In this document: piece by piece, positions 14,301-28,479 of the stretch
Numbering within the stretch: the first letter of the stretch is position 1
Layout of the letters: each line of letters starts with the position of its first letter
Assembly: GCA_040954595.2 (NCBI GenBank)
Contig: CM082582.2
Location: 8,328,425 to 8,392,424 of the forward strand
Length of the DNA: 64,000 bases
Direction: 5' to 3'
Source of the DNA: Balanoglossus misakiensis
Taxonomy: Eukaryota > Animalia > Hemichordata
Position numbers and translations under genes: made by a program
The notes under the pieces: generated by a model
What the model saw: only the letters and a program-made list of their open reading frames with translations
Database searches by the model: none
What the model was told of the DNA's origin: nothing

Positions 14301-16278
14301 TCCGATCATTACGTGGCTGTATCAAACAAACCGTATACCGTAACCGCAACAAAATCGGCCAATGACAACTAGCTCTGGGAACTTGCACCAGAAATTTACA
14401 TTATCATACATTGTATTCCCAATCCTAAATTCACAGACAGAACATTTTATTGAAACTGTATGTTACTTCTTAAAAGATCTCAAGCGCAAGTTACTATTCT
14501 ATCTTAGTTTAGTTTAAACTGTCATTTGAGCATCACAGCCCTCCCCTTGCCAATGATGCCAACTTTTCCCCTGATTGAATGAGTGCCCTCAACGTTTCAT
14601 CCAAGCTCTCCTGCCGAGCCGGTAAAGCTTTAAGTTTTGCAACACACTCCTATGCTGGCTCTGTCCTCTGCTGAGGGAGGGCAGCACTGTAGAGCAGAGA
14701 ACCCGACCAGAGTATCGAACTAGGGGCTGTGAGGTTTCTACCTGCTCATTGAATGTCAGAAACGTCATGTGTTTGGTCTTTTCTCACAAGTGACACAAAC
14801 ATACTATCATTGATACATGTGTAGTGGTATCTCAAACAACCTGTAGAGGGCAGTCGACCAGTTGCTTTCACTTACTTTTCCCAGCATGTCCAACAAGCCT
14901 GCATATAGGATTGTCTGGGTGTTGGAACTATTAGTTTATGTACACGCATTCTGCTTCTAGTGAAACTCAGAAAATCAGAAAAATTAATAATCTTAAAATT
15001 AATATCTTACAGTCATAGAATGGATTTGTAAAGTACAAAGCAGTGAAACTACATGTGGACACTTTTCACCCACATCTCTTTGTTTGATTTCCTCAGCATC
15101 TGGTGTGTCTAGCATCCACAGAGAACTGCGGAACAGTGCAGCATTTTATTCTGGAGTGGGCCGCCTATATCGAGTGGTGCAGCCACCACCAGCTTGGCCG
15201 ACATCCCGGTACGGGTACACCAGGCCCAATTCATCACTGTCATCATCAAGCACTCAGGGTATACGGGTCATGAATAAAGACAAGTCTTTATGCGGTCAAG
15301 CTTCGCCTAGCACTACCACTAATATGCACGACCTCTGTGCCGTATTGACAATTGCCTGTATGCAAGCCGGGTACCCTCAGATTGCAGAGATAAAAAAAAG
15401 ACTCTGATGACTATTGTCCATAATTTGCTCATTGTGAAAGAACAAAAATTGTGCACCATGCCGGGAAAACAATAATAGCAGTACGCCCTCTAAAAATCAG
15501 AAAATGAAAATTTAAAAAGTGTTTTAACTTTTTTCATACTAACACTTCGTTTAGCTTAATTACTTCACATTTCAATATCAACTCTTTTTATTTTTATGAA
15601 GGATTTTTGCAAACAAGAGCAATTTTCATATATTATGAGCTTTTTTAGCATAAAGAACGCAACATGTATTTACATCTAAATGTAGGAAGCATTTTCCAAT
15701 CCATTTTTCTCACCACCAGAAATCCCTAGTGAGCTACAATAGTTTCAATTAAAATTTGGGCACAAATTCCTAAAATTTCTGTCATTTTTTAAATGTTAGC
15801 TATAAAAAATCTTTCATTAGTACTTTGCAATGTCAAACTTTGCAGACTACAACAATTTTTTCGAGTATGAAAAAAAATGACGGTTTAACGAAACATCAAC
15901 CTTACAGCATGCAAGATGTCATCAAGGGTCACTTGAGATATTCAGACTCCATCATGCAGACACAAAAACTTTGCGGTCATCAGAATTCCTCACAATGAGT
16001 GCAATACACAAAGCAAGAAAACACAAGGTTTTTTTTCTCTCTCTCACCACATTTGTTAGGCTCTTCTGTACTCTTGCATCACTTTTTTTCCTTCTTGCAA
16101 AAACTGATGCAAAGAAATCGCACGCAGTTTCCATTCAAGGACAAAAGTGCAAAAGTTACGGCACTTTTTTTTCCGTTGGAGCAATGGCTCCGTGAGAGAT
16201 TTGTGCGCTCAGCTCGGGCGCATCGTAAAATCGAAACTTCAAAAGACGTGATGTAAATGCAGAAAAAAACAATCATAC

Positions 16279-16332
16279 CTCGCCACCATCAGAACACCGC
16301 ATAATTGAGTTGAGTGACATCACAAGATGCAT
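16279..16332 (-). CDS. Candidate alternative first coding exon (MHLVMSLNSIMRCSDGGE) of the GSE1/Plexus-like gene
   Basis: ATG at 16332 with an in-frame upstream TGA at 16377-16375. There are 18 codons ending in GAG|GTATGA (phase 0, same as the large exon). It lies just downstream of a CpG-rich, CCAAT-containing patch at ~16570-16710. Confidence 0.4.
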
Positions 16333-16569
16333 GCACTTAAAATCGTTATCTTCTGCTGCATTGGTTTTCAAATTTCACATCCAAATTTTTGGGAGGGGTG
16401 CGTTTGCTGCGTGTGACGCCAGGCACGCTGGTCATTGTACCTCTTTTGCAAACTAAATATTGTAGTAGGTACTTGCATTGTGGTCCTCAGGAACGTGCGG
16501 GGTTTTGAAAAGCCTGTCTTTTCATTCACCATTGATATGCAAGGCCGTTTGATGAAGAAGAAGAAAAAA

Positions 16570-16720
16570 AAGAGAGGCGACGACGCCCCTCGGGTGCCTG
16601 GCAGCACGCCGCAATCAACATCCCGGCCAGGCAGCGGCGGGCCAATCAAACGGCTGAGTGAGATCGTTTGATGCCCGGGACCGGCGAGGCGCACAATAGC
16701 CGGGGTTCAGCTGCAGCTGT
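16570..16720 (-). promoter_or_regulatory. CpG-rich patch with CCAAT box; candidate internal promoter
   Basis: Locally GC/CpG-rich sequence (ggcgacgacgcccctcggg...gcggcgggccaatcaaacggc...cccgggaccggcgaggcgc) in an AT-rich background, with an NF-Y-like GGCCAATCA at ~16640. Confidence 0.4.
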
Positions 16721-18469
16721 TCTGAAGAGAGGCTGTGGTACAACGCACAGTTAAAAACTTGACACAATATTCACACTCACAAAGCTTTTCGTGGCAACAA
16801 AAGATTAATTCTGGGGCCCAGTGACCTTACTTCTTATCCACTTTCAAAAGTCCCCTGCCTTCCTCTGTTTTACTGAATGCAACCTCCTTTGTTGAAAATA
16901 ACTGTTATCACTCGCTCTCCCAAGGTCTATCTTTCAGAAAATCGGCTCTTATTACCACCAGTCTAAAAAGAACGCCAAGTCACTAAGCTTGCTTTCTCAA
17001 ACAGCTGACTTCATTTTAATTCCCGACCGCTGAAATACACAGCGAGCTAAATCATCCGACATAAAAAGCATTTTCTAAGGAATCGTAAATAATTCTGGAA
17101 GCTGACAATGATATAAATATTCATTGGTGCATCAAGTAACACGACACTGTTTTCTTTCACTGTTTGGTGTCTAGCATTTCAGGCTGTTTAATATCAGACT
17201 TAAAACCGGCCCCCTGCACACCTGCCGTTGCCTGATTGCCATGCACAGTCAGTCACTTTCCCTTTTTTATTTGACCTTTGACCGACCGCACTCGGGTACC
17301 AGCCCCATAATAAATCGATGCATTCCGCAACACCTGCCTTTGGTACACATTGCCATGGAAACTAATGAGTCTCTGACCCAGCCCAACACCTGCCCCCACG
17401 GAATGTCCGTCTGTGTAAATTCACGTCCAACTAATTGCATAGGTTTCAATTTTCAAGCAAAGGGTGTTTTTTCGCCTTCCTGGGAGGCTGGTTATCAGTG
17501 CTCTTTTGCCTAATCTAAATCTGCAGTAACATCTGCCTCCTCATAAAGTTACATCGATTGGGTTCGAATGTGACAAAGATGAATAGCTCCCTCTAGGCGA
17601 TATTCCACCGTATGTTGTGGTGTGGCGCCCCCTACAGTCTGCCAAAACAGTTATCTGGGGGCTCATTTCTTTCTATTTTACACAATGGCTTGAAAACCTC
17701 TGGCAACATTTGTTACAAAAAAGTCAATCCTAAAACTATACAAAAAGAGAGCAAGAATTTGCAGAAAGCGCTGAAAAAATCACTTGTTGACTATATCTGT
17801 ATCAAGTGTTTTGGTCTCGCGAACAAAGTACCACCACTCATAGAGACTACAGCTACAAGCACACTCTTGCAGCAGAATAGATTATGAGGCACCCCCCCCC
17901 CCCCCACATACACACCTGGCAACTGAAACAAATTTCTTAGTCCCTTTGATGTCCACTTTTAGACGGATTTTACTGTATGCCAATAAAAGGAGCACTTTGC
18001 AAACCGATTGCTGATCATCAATTATTACCATGGTAACAAAGATATTGAGAGCACCATTACTGAATGCTTCTCCCCAGGCAGTTTCCAGGGTTACGAAACG
18101 ACAGCGAGTCTACTCTCATGATGAGATCTTTCACCTTGATTGTTGCTACGGCTACCAAACAAGTCATTATAAAATCACACAAAAATGCATTTCAAGAGCT
18201 CCTCTTCGATTTTACCTAAATAAGCTGAACTCTAAAAATTAACAAATTAGTTTGTTTTAGTGTAGAAAAATAATGCTTTAAAACTGACTATTTATTGTGT
18301 TTATAAATATACAAGATGTTTGCATACAAAAGTAACAGGGTAAAAAGAAAACGGAAGTTGAGACAAGTGATAATGCATGACGCTGTGATGAGCTGGAATC
18401 ACCTCAGAGTGGACTCAGTTGCTTTTATCAGTGTCGAAACATCCACTGCAGAACAATTTGACCAAACTT

Positions 18470-18549
18470 GGGGCGCAGGGATCGAACGTCACAATCTCAG
18501 AGTTGTAACGGCTGGCCAGTGAGGTTACGAACACCCGGCTATCATTGCC
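18470..18549 (-). repeat. Degenerate tRNA-derived (SINE-head-like) sequence
   Basis: The minus strand reads GATAGCCGGGTG (A-box-like) ... GTTCGATCCC (B-box) with tRNA-like spacing, but no convincing acceptor stem. Confidence 0.3.
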
Positions 18550-20404
18550 TAAAGAGGGCATATTTGCACATGGTTAAAATACCACAAACATGTTACAGTG
18601 TTATGCGATATCCTAAGTGGGACGCTCGGCTGTGCGCACACACACCGTGTGGAGTGTGACCGCTATGTGGTGTACATGGAGGACATGCCAAGTTTGGCGT
18701 GACCTCGGCTTGACATTGCTATTAGATCCAAAATCTAAGACAGGGATTGACCGCGGAACAAGACTTCAATTAACTTCAGTCAGACTTACCACATACATGC
18801 ACTTGAAAGTTAGAAGATTATTAAGTACAGTGAAAATTCTCATGTATCTATTTGTAGGGGCAAAAGTAAAAGTGAATTGATTCAAAATTAGTCAGGTGAA
18901 TCTTTACCACCTTGCAATGCAACAGGCATGTCCTGTACATGTACTTAGCATACAAGTGTCACTTTTGTTAACTTCAGAAGATATGTTGATTCTGGCAGCA
19001 CCTTTGCAACACATTTTGTTCTTTGCATCAATCGTGTAGACTTGAACAGATTCTACTTAAAAATCGTGTTTATTTTGAAACGCTGAAAACTCTACACATG
19101 CTCTTTTTTTTCACCCCAGCATGACGATACACTTTGCTTTGAAGACAGTGGTAGCAAACAGGTGTTCTACTCCTCGCGCCCCGAAGCCTTCTCAACTGAG
19201 TAATTGATGTGGTCCAGTCTATTTATTTTAAAACACTCAGCGCCTTCAGCTGCATTCCAGAGGCGATCGTTTTCCCAAGACACAGCGAGCCGCGATGGGC
19301 CCTGATCCGGGAAAAGTAAACCCCGGGAATGTTTATGGCAATTACCACTAACAGCTACGTTTCCCATCGCAATTTTTTTTTTCAAAGGTCTGCCTGGCTG
19401 CCCTCCTAATCTGGCACTTAAAAAGACCATCCAATTATCGGCCCGATCTAAGTATGGGTTAGATAAACACACTGCAGCTTTCGATAGCTATCTGCGCTAT
19501 CCCCGCCGCATTCCGCAGAAAACCCTCGCAGAGAAGCGCCGTCATATTGGCTGCGCCGATAGTTTAACAGGTCTGACATATTAAGGTCACGGTACAGCTG
19601 ATCAAGAGCCAGTCCAAACAAATCTGATGAGAAACACTTGCAACCTGGTGTGGGGACAGAAATTCTTGCAGCAGACTTGACTTATGGGGCCGCCATTTAA
19701 TGCTGATCATTAATTTCTTACTATTAATAGGTGTGGTAACACTCACAGGGCGCTGAGTCTCAATTCCAGAGGGCACTGACAACAGAAATCCTGAGATGAC
19801 TTATGGCTATATGCAGGGATGCTAGTAATCACCTGGCATTGAAATCACAGTACATGTATAATGCGAGAGTGCAAGTGTTGTGCGTGTGCACATGCACTTT
19901 AAATTGAATGATAACTTAGTTGAATTGATACTGAAAACATAGGAAGGATGAAGGAGAAGAGAGAGGGCAGGGGAAGGAGTGAGGGAGGGAGAGGAAGGAA
20001 GGATCGAGGGAAATGGGGTAGATTAATATTTTTAATATTTGAGGGAGGCTTCATGTCTTGTGGAATTGAATTTGCAAATTCCCAACCAACTGATATCATG
20101 AGAATTTCACACACTCTATTCTAACGTGTTCTGCGCTACTGCAAACCTGTTTTCAAATGATCTCAGCAATATAACAAAAATATTATTGGAGATTTTGCTG
20201 TACCAGCGCCTGTCACAATTCATAAACGTGTATGAATGTACGTTCATCCCGGTTGTAATAACAGCTGTGTAGTACATAACGTTAGGCAAACAAACAGCAT
20301 ATTGGACACACCTACGCATCAGATTTATACCTGCACAATACCAGCAGTACCTGGTGTACATGTTAACAATGTTACTGTGGTATACACTTGTGTCATATTT
20401 TTAA

Positions 20405-20490
20405 CCCTTTCACCCCCATGGTTCAGTCTAAACCCAATGTTTTCTACGGTAAAGTTGGACCTCTATATAGGAGAACTGGGGGTAAAAGGG
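20405..20490. mobile_element. ~86-bp piggyBac-type MITE, copy A
   Basis: TTAA|CCCTTT...AAAGGG|TTAA: TTAA target duplication and CCC/GGG termini; internal sequence shared with the copies at 4530 and 37708. Confidence 0.75.
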
Positions 20491-23400
20491 TTAAACATTT
20501 TAACCTTCTAGCACATTTTTGGTCATCTTTGACTAAAAACAAGTCTAAGCCAACTATGGTAGTACCAGTATCTTCACGTCTTAGTAGAATATGGTCGTTC
20601 CAAAAGATTTTTGAATAAACTGTGCTATTAACAAGTTACATGTCTATCTGGTCTACTTTGTGGTATATGTACTGGATACTAAAGATGTCACTGGCTATCA
20701 ATTTTGAAATCAAAGTCTGCTACATCAATGTACATCTGAAATCATGTAATGAGTGCTAGTGTTACAGCATTCCGTCTACATAGCTTGGACAATTAATTTT
20801 CAAAACATGAATACTTCCTCCCCCCCCAACTCCGTATTGTTTATGCCACATTCTCTCAAGGGGAAACAAGTAGTAACATTTTATATGTGGAACTAAACAC
20901 AGCACGTTACTAGCTGTAAAGAGGGTCTGCTGATATCTGCCGGATCAAGTGACACACTGCATATGTTTGCACTGCCTCTACAAAAACCTGGGTGGCTGGC
21001 AAAAATAATAATGCGTAACAGTAAAACCTGTTTTAAACAGGTTACACTATACTTTGTTATTCTTCAATGCAATCAAGCACACAGCTGAAAGTAGTATGTG
21101 TGCACCTAAAAAATCAAAATCTTAATTTTTTCGCAAATCTTGCATAGGGCAACTTTACATCATTCTCTTCTTAAAATCTATATTCAAAATTGGGATCACG
21201 GTGCAAAATTTTGACTGAGAGAAAAATCTAAAATTTGAAAAAAAAAATTAAATTTAAAATGGCCGCACATCACTGCATTAACTCATTTCAAAAAGTGTCA
21301 TCACATATTTTTAATAAGGTTTGGTGGACTTTTATTTTTCAGGTAATCTGTCCCGAGGCAGACACAAACATTAACTCAGCTGTCAAAACCTCGTTATATG
21401 ATTGCAGCCACCCCCTTACCACAACCAAACCATAATCGTAATACATATCTACAACACTGTAGGTGACAGAGCAACAGCTGGTGAATTGTGGGAAGTGCAT
21501 TGCACTGTGGGTAATCAGAACTGATGCAAAAAACACCACAGGCGCGACAGGAAGCCCAGTCAACAGAACGAGCAGGGAGATCCGAAGCACTGGCACAAAC
21601 ATGACAAGAATAGGGTGTCAAATGCCATACGCAACATAAATCAGACGCAAGGAAACATCATTATCTACAGGAAACACATCCAGATGAAAACGCACTCTGC
21701 AAACTGAATCTGACATGACAGAAATTGATCGCCGGTACCACAGATGGTCTCGCATGCCACAATGGGTCTGCAAACTTACAGAAAAAAGGATTAATCATTA
21801 CACACATTAATGCTTTTGGTGTAAATTTTGAAGGACGCCTCAATAGTACCATACACAGTCTCTCCCCCGCTCCAACCATACCATATGTTGTTATCATGCT
21901 GTTATCAATGGATTCCTGATTTATATGCAACCGTTTTTTTAATACTACGCAATTAAAGTTGTGAATCAAAAAACACAATGAATGTGTGTATTTTATTTAT
22001 TGGTGATCTTTTTTCCCTTGTGAGGATACAAATGATGCCATCCCCCCCCCCCCAATCTCAGCGTGATTGATGCCATCCCCCTGAATCTCAAAATCTGTAA
22101 AATTTTCTTTTCACCAAATATTTCATTTTATATTCTAATTTTTCTGGGCTTTTTTTCAGTGTACACATATTTGGACTTCGGTCTCAAGTACCAAGTGGAT
22201 TAGACTTTAATCCACTGTGAAGGCCCTTTGTTCATACACTCACAGAATATTTATTTTCATCGCGGACAAAACAAGGTCTCTATATCCTCTTTGGGTGTTT
22301 GCAAGCAGCTGTTATAGAGATATGCCAGCGGATTATCTTACACTGCGAATCTGTCACCAGTGTGGTCTCTCCAACCCAACATTCCTGACTGATAATTGAA
22401 TACTGGTTATGTGCGGTCAACGGCATAACCAACCACTCTCTATAATTAAGTACTGGTACTATATATACAACAGTGGGCCCTCTGATACCTATATGATGCG
22501 TCACTGACTCAACAAACTCACTGGTGACTCAAGAAAATTATCCACAATACATGCAAAGGTACATGTATAGGGCTGACTCAGAGAAATTTTTAGAAATCTT
22601 CGAATTGACTCAAAGCTTTCAAATATTATATTTGTTAGAGGGCACACTGATAGACAACCACAGCCAATGTCTCAAGGGACAAGTCAATTATGTAGTTGAT
22701 AAAAGCACCAGACAATTTTCCACTCAAATTATTAACAACAACATGAAAAGTAGTTCTCTCTCACCATTTTCCTATCTAATGAACTCATAAAGACTTTTTA
22801 CATGAAACGTTAATATCCCCTCTTTCACTCAACAGCTACTTAAGTTCCCAGTTTTGTCACTTTCATCAAATACCTGTCTACAATTATTCTGATTCCATCT
22901 GTCCTTGTTTAAACAAAACTGGCCATCAATCATCAAAATACATGCAGTCTCAAAACATCTAAAAACTTGCGCTGAATCAATACTGATGAACACCCGAAGA
23001 TATAAAAAAATCTGAAATGATACGACAGTTTGGGATTTTTGAAAACAGATGCAGGCGATGATGATGATGGTGCCTTTTGTTTCTCCCAACACATTCAAAA
23101 TCACAGTTGCCGGGGTTACTTATTAAAAATTGATTAAATTTGCATTAGCCATACATCAGAGCGAATAACAGCTGCTGGAGACTGAATGGGGTGGGTGCAG
23201 CGAACGCTCGGAATAACAGATCACTTGAACTCCCCCCCAAACAACAACAGAACCCATTTATCTCAAGTGCGCTGAAATTCTGTACAGAACGTGAAGCTGT
23301 GGAGAGTTGGAGAGAAAGCCACTTGTCAGGCACATCTGTTCAGGAACTCTCAGTGGTGACCGACTATCTCTTTGGATACACTAAGAGATTACGGATTCCC

Positions 23401-23856
23401 CTTTCTTATGAAAATGCCAGCACTGCAATCTGATAACTCCCACAAGGCATTTGACAGCGAGGAGTTATAAACAAGCACTTCAGATGATATTCACAGTTAA
23501 TTAATATTCACTACAAATACAACATGTATCTGAACTTCCTAGGCTGTGTAATCATCGCTCTCATTCATACAAATTTCTGCGCGAGGAGCGTCTTTTTGAA
23601 AAGATTAATAATATATTCGTTCATTGTTACCGCAGCGCTGTGCATTGATTTTTCTGCCCATAAATCTGTGTGACCGGAGACCAATCACGCATCAATCATC
23701 AATGTGTCCATTCATACGTCACATGATCTGGTCCATCCACTCTGCTTTCACGTTTCCCAACCATCTGTTCGTCCTCCTCCCTCACCAATCTATCAATTTT
23801 CAATTTATCTGCCAGGTATTCATCTTTCTATCTACCTATAGCCATTCATTCTGTTT

Positions 23857-23920
23857 CATTCATTCATTCATTCATTCATTCATTCATTCATTCATTCATT
23901 CATTCATTCATTCATTCATT
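23857..23920. repeat. (CATT)n microsatellite, 16 units, within a CCAT/CCAC-rich low-complexity tract
   Basis: Directly visible. Confidence 0.95.
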
Positions 23921-26900
23921 CTTCCATCCATCCCATGTATTCCAACACCACCAAAAACAACACACCAACCGACCACTCCTACATCCATCCATCCATCCTT
24001 TTCCAACCAAACTGACATTTCGCTCACCCCTCCATTTCACTGTCAATCTGTTAAACCATCTCCCCCCCCCCCTTCAATTGTACACCTTTCATCCATGGAC
24101 CTATCCATCCACCCTATTCATGCTATTTGTCTTCAAACTGTACAAAAAATACACCAAATTCGCCACTGCTGTGCACACCCACCCACCCATCCATCCATCA
24201 TGGCATCTGAAATGTTCACTGGAAGTATTGACACTACACAATTTCCTAGCACTGACATGACAACAGCAAAGGGACTTGGCATGCTTCAAATAGTACATTA
24301 AGCCACACAAAAATATTTTAAAAATCACTTTTTTATGAGAATCTGTCCCAAAGTTGCAATGGCTGATAACTCTGTGTTGAACTCTGATGTGTGTCATCGC
24401 AAAACGTAGAAATTAGCCGCCATCTCCCTTTATCTGATTCTCATCCGACAACGCACTCCACACAGCTGTTCTCTCCACTCCGTGTCCCGCAGTCACTCTC
24501 CTACGATTAATTCTTCCCCGTACTCAGAATTACAATCGCGCACGCCGGGGCCGAGCGTACACATGCAACATTAATGCCCTTCCTGAAGGGAAAAAAAGAC
24601 TCAGATAAAGAAAAGAGCCAAACCCCCTAGAGGACAGCCGCGTAACTGCAATCAAGCGGATCTCGTACGGCCCCGCACGCCTGAATGGGTGATGAGGGTT
24701 TCCACGCTTCACTTATCATTAATGAAATCTGTCCTACTGATCATCAATCTGATGCTACAACCCAGGTTATCACAGGTCAATAAGTTTTTTTATTTTTTTT
24801 CTTTCGTTGCGAGGGAACATACTCCTGACATGGACTCCTTTTTCGAGCACAACCACGCAGATGCACCATGCGGCATTTGCATAGCAATATCCCTCACAAG
24901 AATTCCTACTAGCATTTTGACATAAACACATGATGAATTCACATATAATACTTGCACATCTCTTCAGAAAAAGTGGTGGAATTATTAATAATTAATCCAC
25001 AATCAGACAGACTGACAAACAGAGAGATACAACTGGACTAATGGAGGTTAAGATGATAACGATATCGGTTGGTGAGTAATGACTGTCCACAGGAATCAGA
25101 TTGGTTCATTGATTGGCAGGTTGATAGCGTATTAACATTAATTGGTTGACAAATTCAATAATTGATTGATAGCTCTATTTATCTTTACCTAACCAATCCC
25201 ATTTAGACATCTCATTGACCTCATTCAAAAAAAAGCACAAAATAAATATTCTGAAAACACCTGGGAATTATGATAGTTTTCGATATTGTGAATTTCAACA
25301 TTTACAACGCCTCGTATCTGTACTCCCCTAGGCAACCAGTCGAGCTCTGGTTCCCCACAGATCCCCTTAGTGACGTGGCAGCATTAACTTTCCCCAGCAA
25401 CTCTAGTGCTTGCCGCAAACACATCTCCTGCCTCGGAAATACTTTCAGCAAACCTACTCCAACACCATGGAAACCCGCGATACAATAGCAGCTGTTGGGT
25501 CCAAATAGGATGTACAAAGTCTTTCGCTGAAAAGCGAACAAAATGACAGCGACTGCCGATAAATTGTTCGCACACACACACACAAAAAAAATCACAACTG
25601 GGCGTATACACGATCGCCTGACTCACTGCCGTCTGTTTAATGTTTCAGGGGGCTTCTGGTCGGTTCGTAAACGTTGCGATCCACTTTCACAGCAAACCCA
25701 CAGATGGTTTCAGTTGCCCCCTCTGTAATATTAGACGGACATTAAAAATAATAAATGGTTACTTAGTCACAAATCTCCAAATATCACACATGTTGTCTAC
25801 TAACTTTTTTCCGATGTGTTTATTTTGACTTGTAAACCAATCTGTCCACGACGAGAACCATTTGCCACGTTTTTTTCTCTCTCTCTCTCTGCGCTCGATA
25901 TCTTTGCGTTCAGATTTCCACACAAACCTTTCAGGGGGCGGTCTGTTTCACACGCAGCAGACTTCAAGCCTGGTACCTTTTGAAGACACTTGCAAGGAAG
26001 GTTGTCACGGATGTAAAATGTTACTTGATGTTCTGAGGAAAGTGTTCCAGGAAAGCTACGACAGTGAACTACTTGTAGTTAAAGATGGCAGGTGCCATAT
26101 ACTTGAAATGGGATGCGAAGTGATGTTTTAGTTGTCAAAGAGAAAGTGTGTGTGTGAGTGTGTGTATGTCTGTTGTCCATCCGTCTGTCTGACTGACTGT
26201 TTGTCTTTCATTTTCAACAAAGCCACTCATATTTTGGTTGATCAAAGAAAACACTTCACTTTACGTGACTGTAAGCTGTCAAAGTTATTTGACTGAATGA
26301 ACAACTTTGTTTCCACTACACACACAGAATTTCTGGTAATTGCTTTTGAACCAGCGGGTCGTACAGCAGGAAAAAGAATGGAAAAGGCAGAGAACGGGCC
26401 CGGTTTGTGTCATCTATAGTTCTGATGCCGAAAGAATTTCAGGTTTGACTGACAGACGCTGACAAGTAGGCTAAACAGTGGGCACAGGTTGACGACAAGA
26501 GCTAAACACAGTGGCATGAACCCGCCACAAAAGGGAAAGTCGCAGCGGCAGAAGATTTGAGATTTATTCACCAGACAGAAAAGTGCCCCGTTTTATGCAA
26601 CCAGACAATAATACACAACACCGGCAAATGGTGCGTTCCCGAGGGGCCATTCTGAAGAGACAGAACATTTGCGTCCTCCATAAGGCACCAGCATAGTCGC
26701 GAACATCCCAGGGGTCCATCCCACCGGTGACCTTCGACCCTCCACTCTCCCTTCACAGAGAGATGCATGCATTTCATCTGCCTGTCCCCAGAGGGTGTCT
26801 GCCATACACCAGCTGTGGTGCTCTGTCTTCTCTGCGAAACACACCCTAAGGGTGCCAATATCGTTTACACTTTCTGCCCCGCAAATAAATTTTCAAATCT

Positions 26901-28479
26901 CCATTTTTTTTTTGCTCTGATTTCTCTAATCACTGCCTCGGCCCACAGAGTGAGAAAAAAAAATTGATGATTTTTCCCTTGAAGGTGCGGATTACCTGTT
27001 AGCCCGTTGCAGATTCAATATGTTTTATATCACGCTCTAATGCCAGAGGTAGGCAACTTTGACAAAGTGTCCTTCCATTATCACCAGCTTGGAGGAATAA
27101 AGTGATTTAATTCAATCAATCATACAGAGAAAGTGCTCAATTTCACAATTGTAAATCTGGGCACACGCGCATAAGTAGTGGAAACATCCCAAGTTAATAT
27201 TGCTCTAATAAATCAAGGGAGACATCGCTGTACTCCAGAACATATCCCTGAATTAATTTTTAAGGGTGGAGAGTGGGTGCATGCTACCAGAGGAAATGAA
27301 TTTTCATGTTCTTTAATAATAAAACAATGTTTCATTCACAGAATAGAAATGGATTATCAAACGGTGACCTGACTGGTAGAAAAGCTTGTTATGGCAGTGA
27401 AGTCTGATTCATGTTGTAATGACAATATAGGTGTGTCACTGCGTATGTTGAATCGTCACTGGACAAATTGGCTTAATTCTGAAAGATGCTCCCTTGATAG
27501 CTGTGCCCAGTGGCTGTGTCAAACAATATGATTCTTTGACTGGTATGCCTTCTAACCAATTTGATTCCTTTTTTTGGAAACAGTAATCTTTAGTTTACAA
27601 ATGATTATTTTAAGTTCTGCATTTATTTGACCCTAAAACCGAGGGTTAGGGTTTATAGTGAGTAAAAATTAATGTAGGTTGGGTTGACCGATACAAACTA
27701 TAATTTTTGTCTGAGATATACAGCTGAAAGTACATGTATTTTTGCACCATCCTGTCAAAACAATTTGAATAAATACTTTTACAGTATGTGAGAAAAATCA
27801 ATTTACAGTACCCGTGTTCACTTCAGTTCGATATTGATGATTTTTAATACTTCTCTTTGCTGAATTTGTTGTCCAGAGAGAAAAAATGTCATTTACAATG
27901 AAAGTCACAAACTCTGAGCAGAGAGAATAATTTTTGATTAACCTCAGCTTTGTAATCCTTCCAGGGAAAAGGTCCACAGCTGTGTGCATTTTGTCGTTCG
28001 CTAATCCTATTTTGCAACATTTCAATGGCCACTCTGCGTGCACTCTCTGCCTCAGCTTTTAGCGGATTTTGCCTGTACTTTTCTCTTGCCTTGTTCAGAC
28101 ACAGCCCTTTAGAGACGGCTCTGATTTGTTCTAGGTCGGACACTGCCACAAAAAAGTCACGTGTGAACAGTTCACTGTGATCTGAAATAGATTTCTGACA
28201 GCATTACCGGCCAAGATCAACCATACACAACTTCCATCCCACTTGTATGAGATGAGAGTAAAAACTCGCCCAAAATGAATAAATGGTAGAGACCGATTAT
28301 TCATTTTGGCGAGTTTTGTCTTGTATGTCCCTCTAATTGAAACTACTTCACTCGACTGAATCCTGGGGCACAGGATTTGTGTAAACTCTCAAAAAATCTC
28401 TACCATTATGTCGTATAAGCTGCACGATTCAGATAAGGCGTTCCCCTGCATCCTGTTTGAGTCGACGGTATGAATGACG

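Noticed and set aside
18470-18549. Functional tRNA gene
   Set aside because: A- and B-box-like words are present, but no proper cloverleaf or acceptor stem could be formed; kept only as a low-confidence SINE-like remnant.
23624-24301. 225-aa ORF
   Set aside because: Non-ATG start, and it is built from (CATT)n and CCAT/CCAC low-complexity repeats (FIHS repeats).
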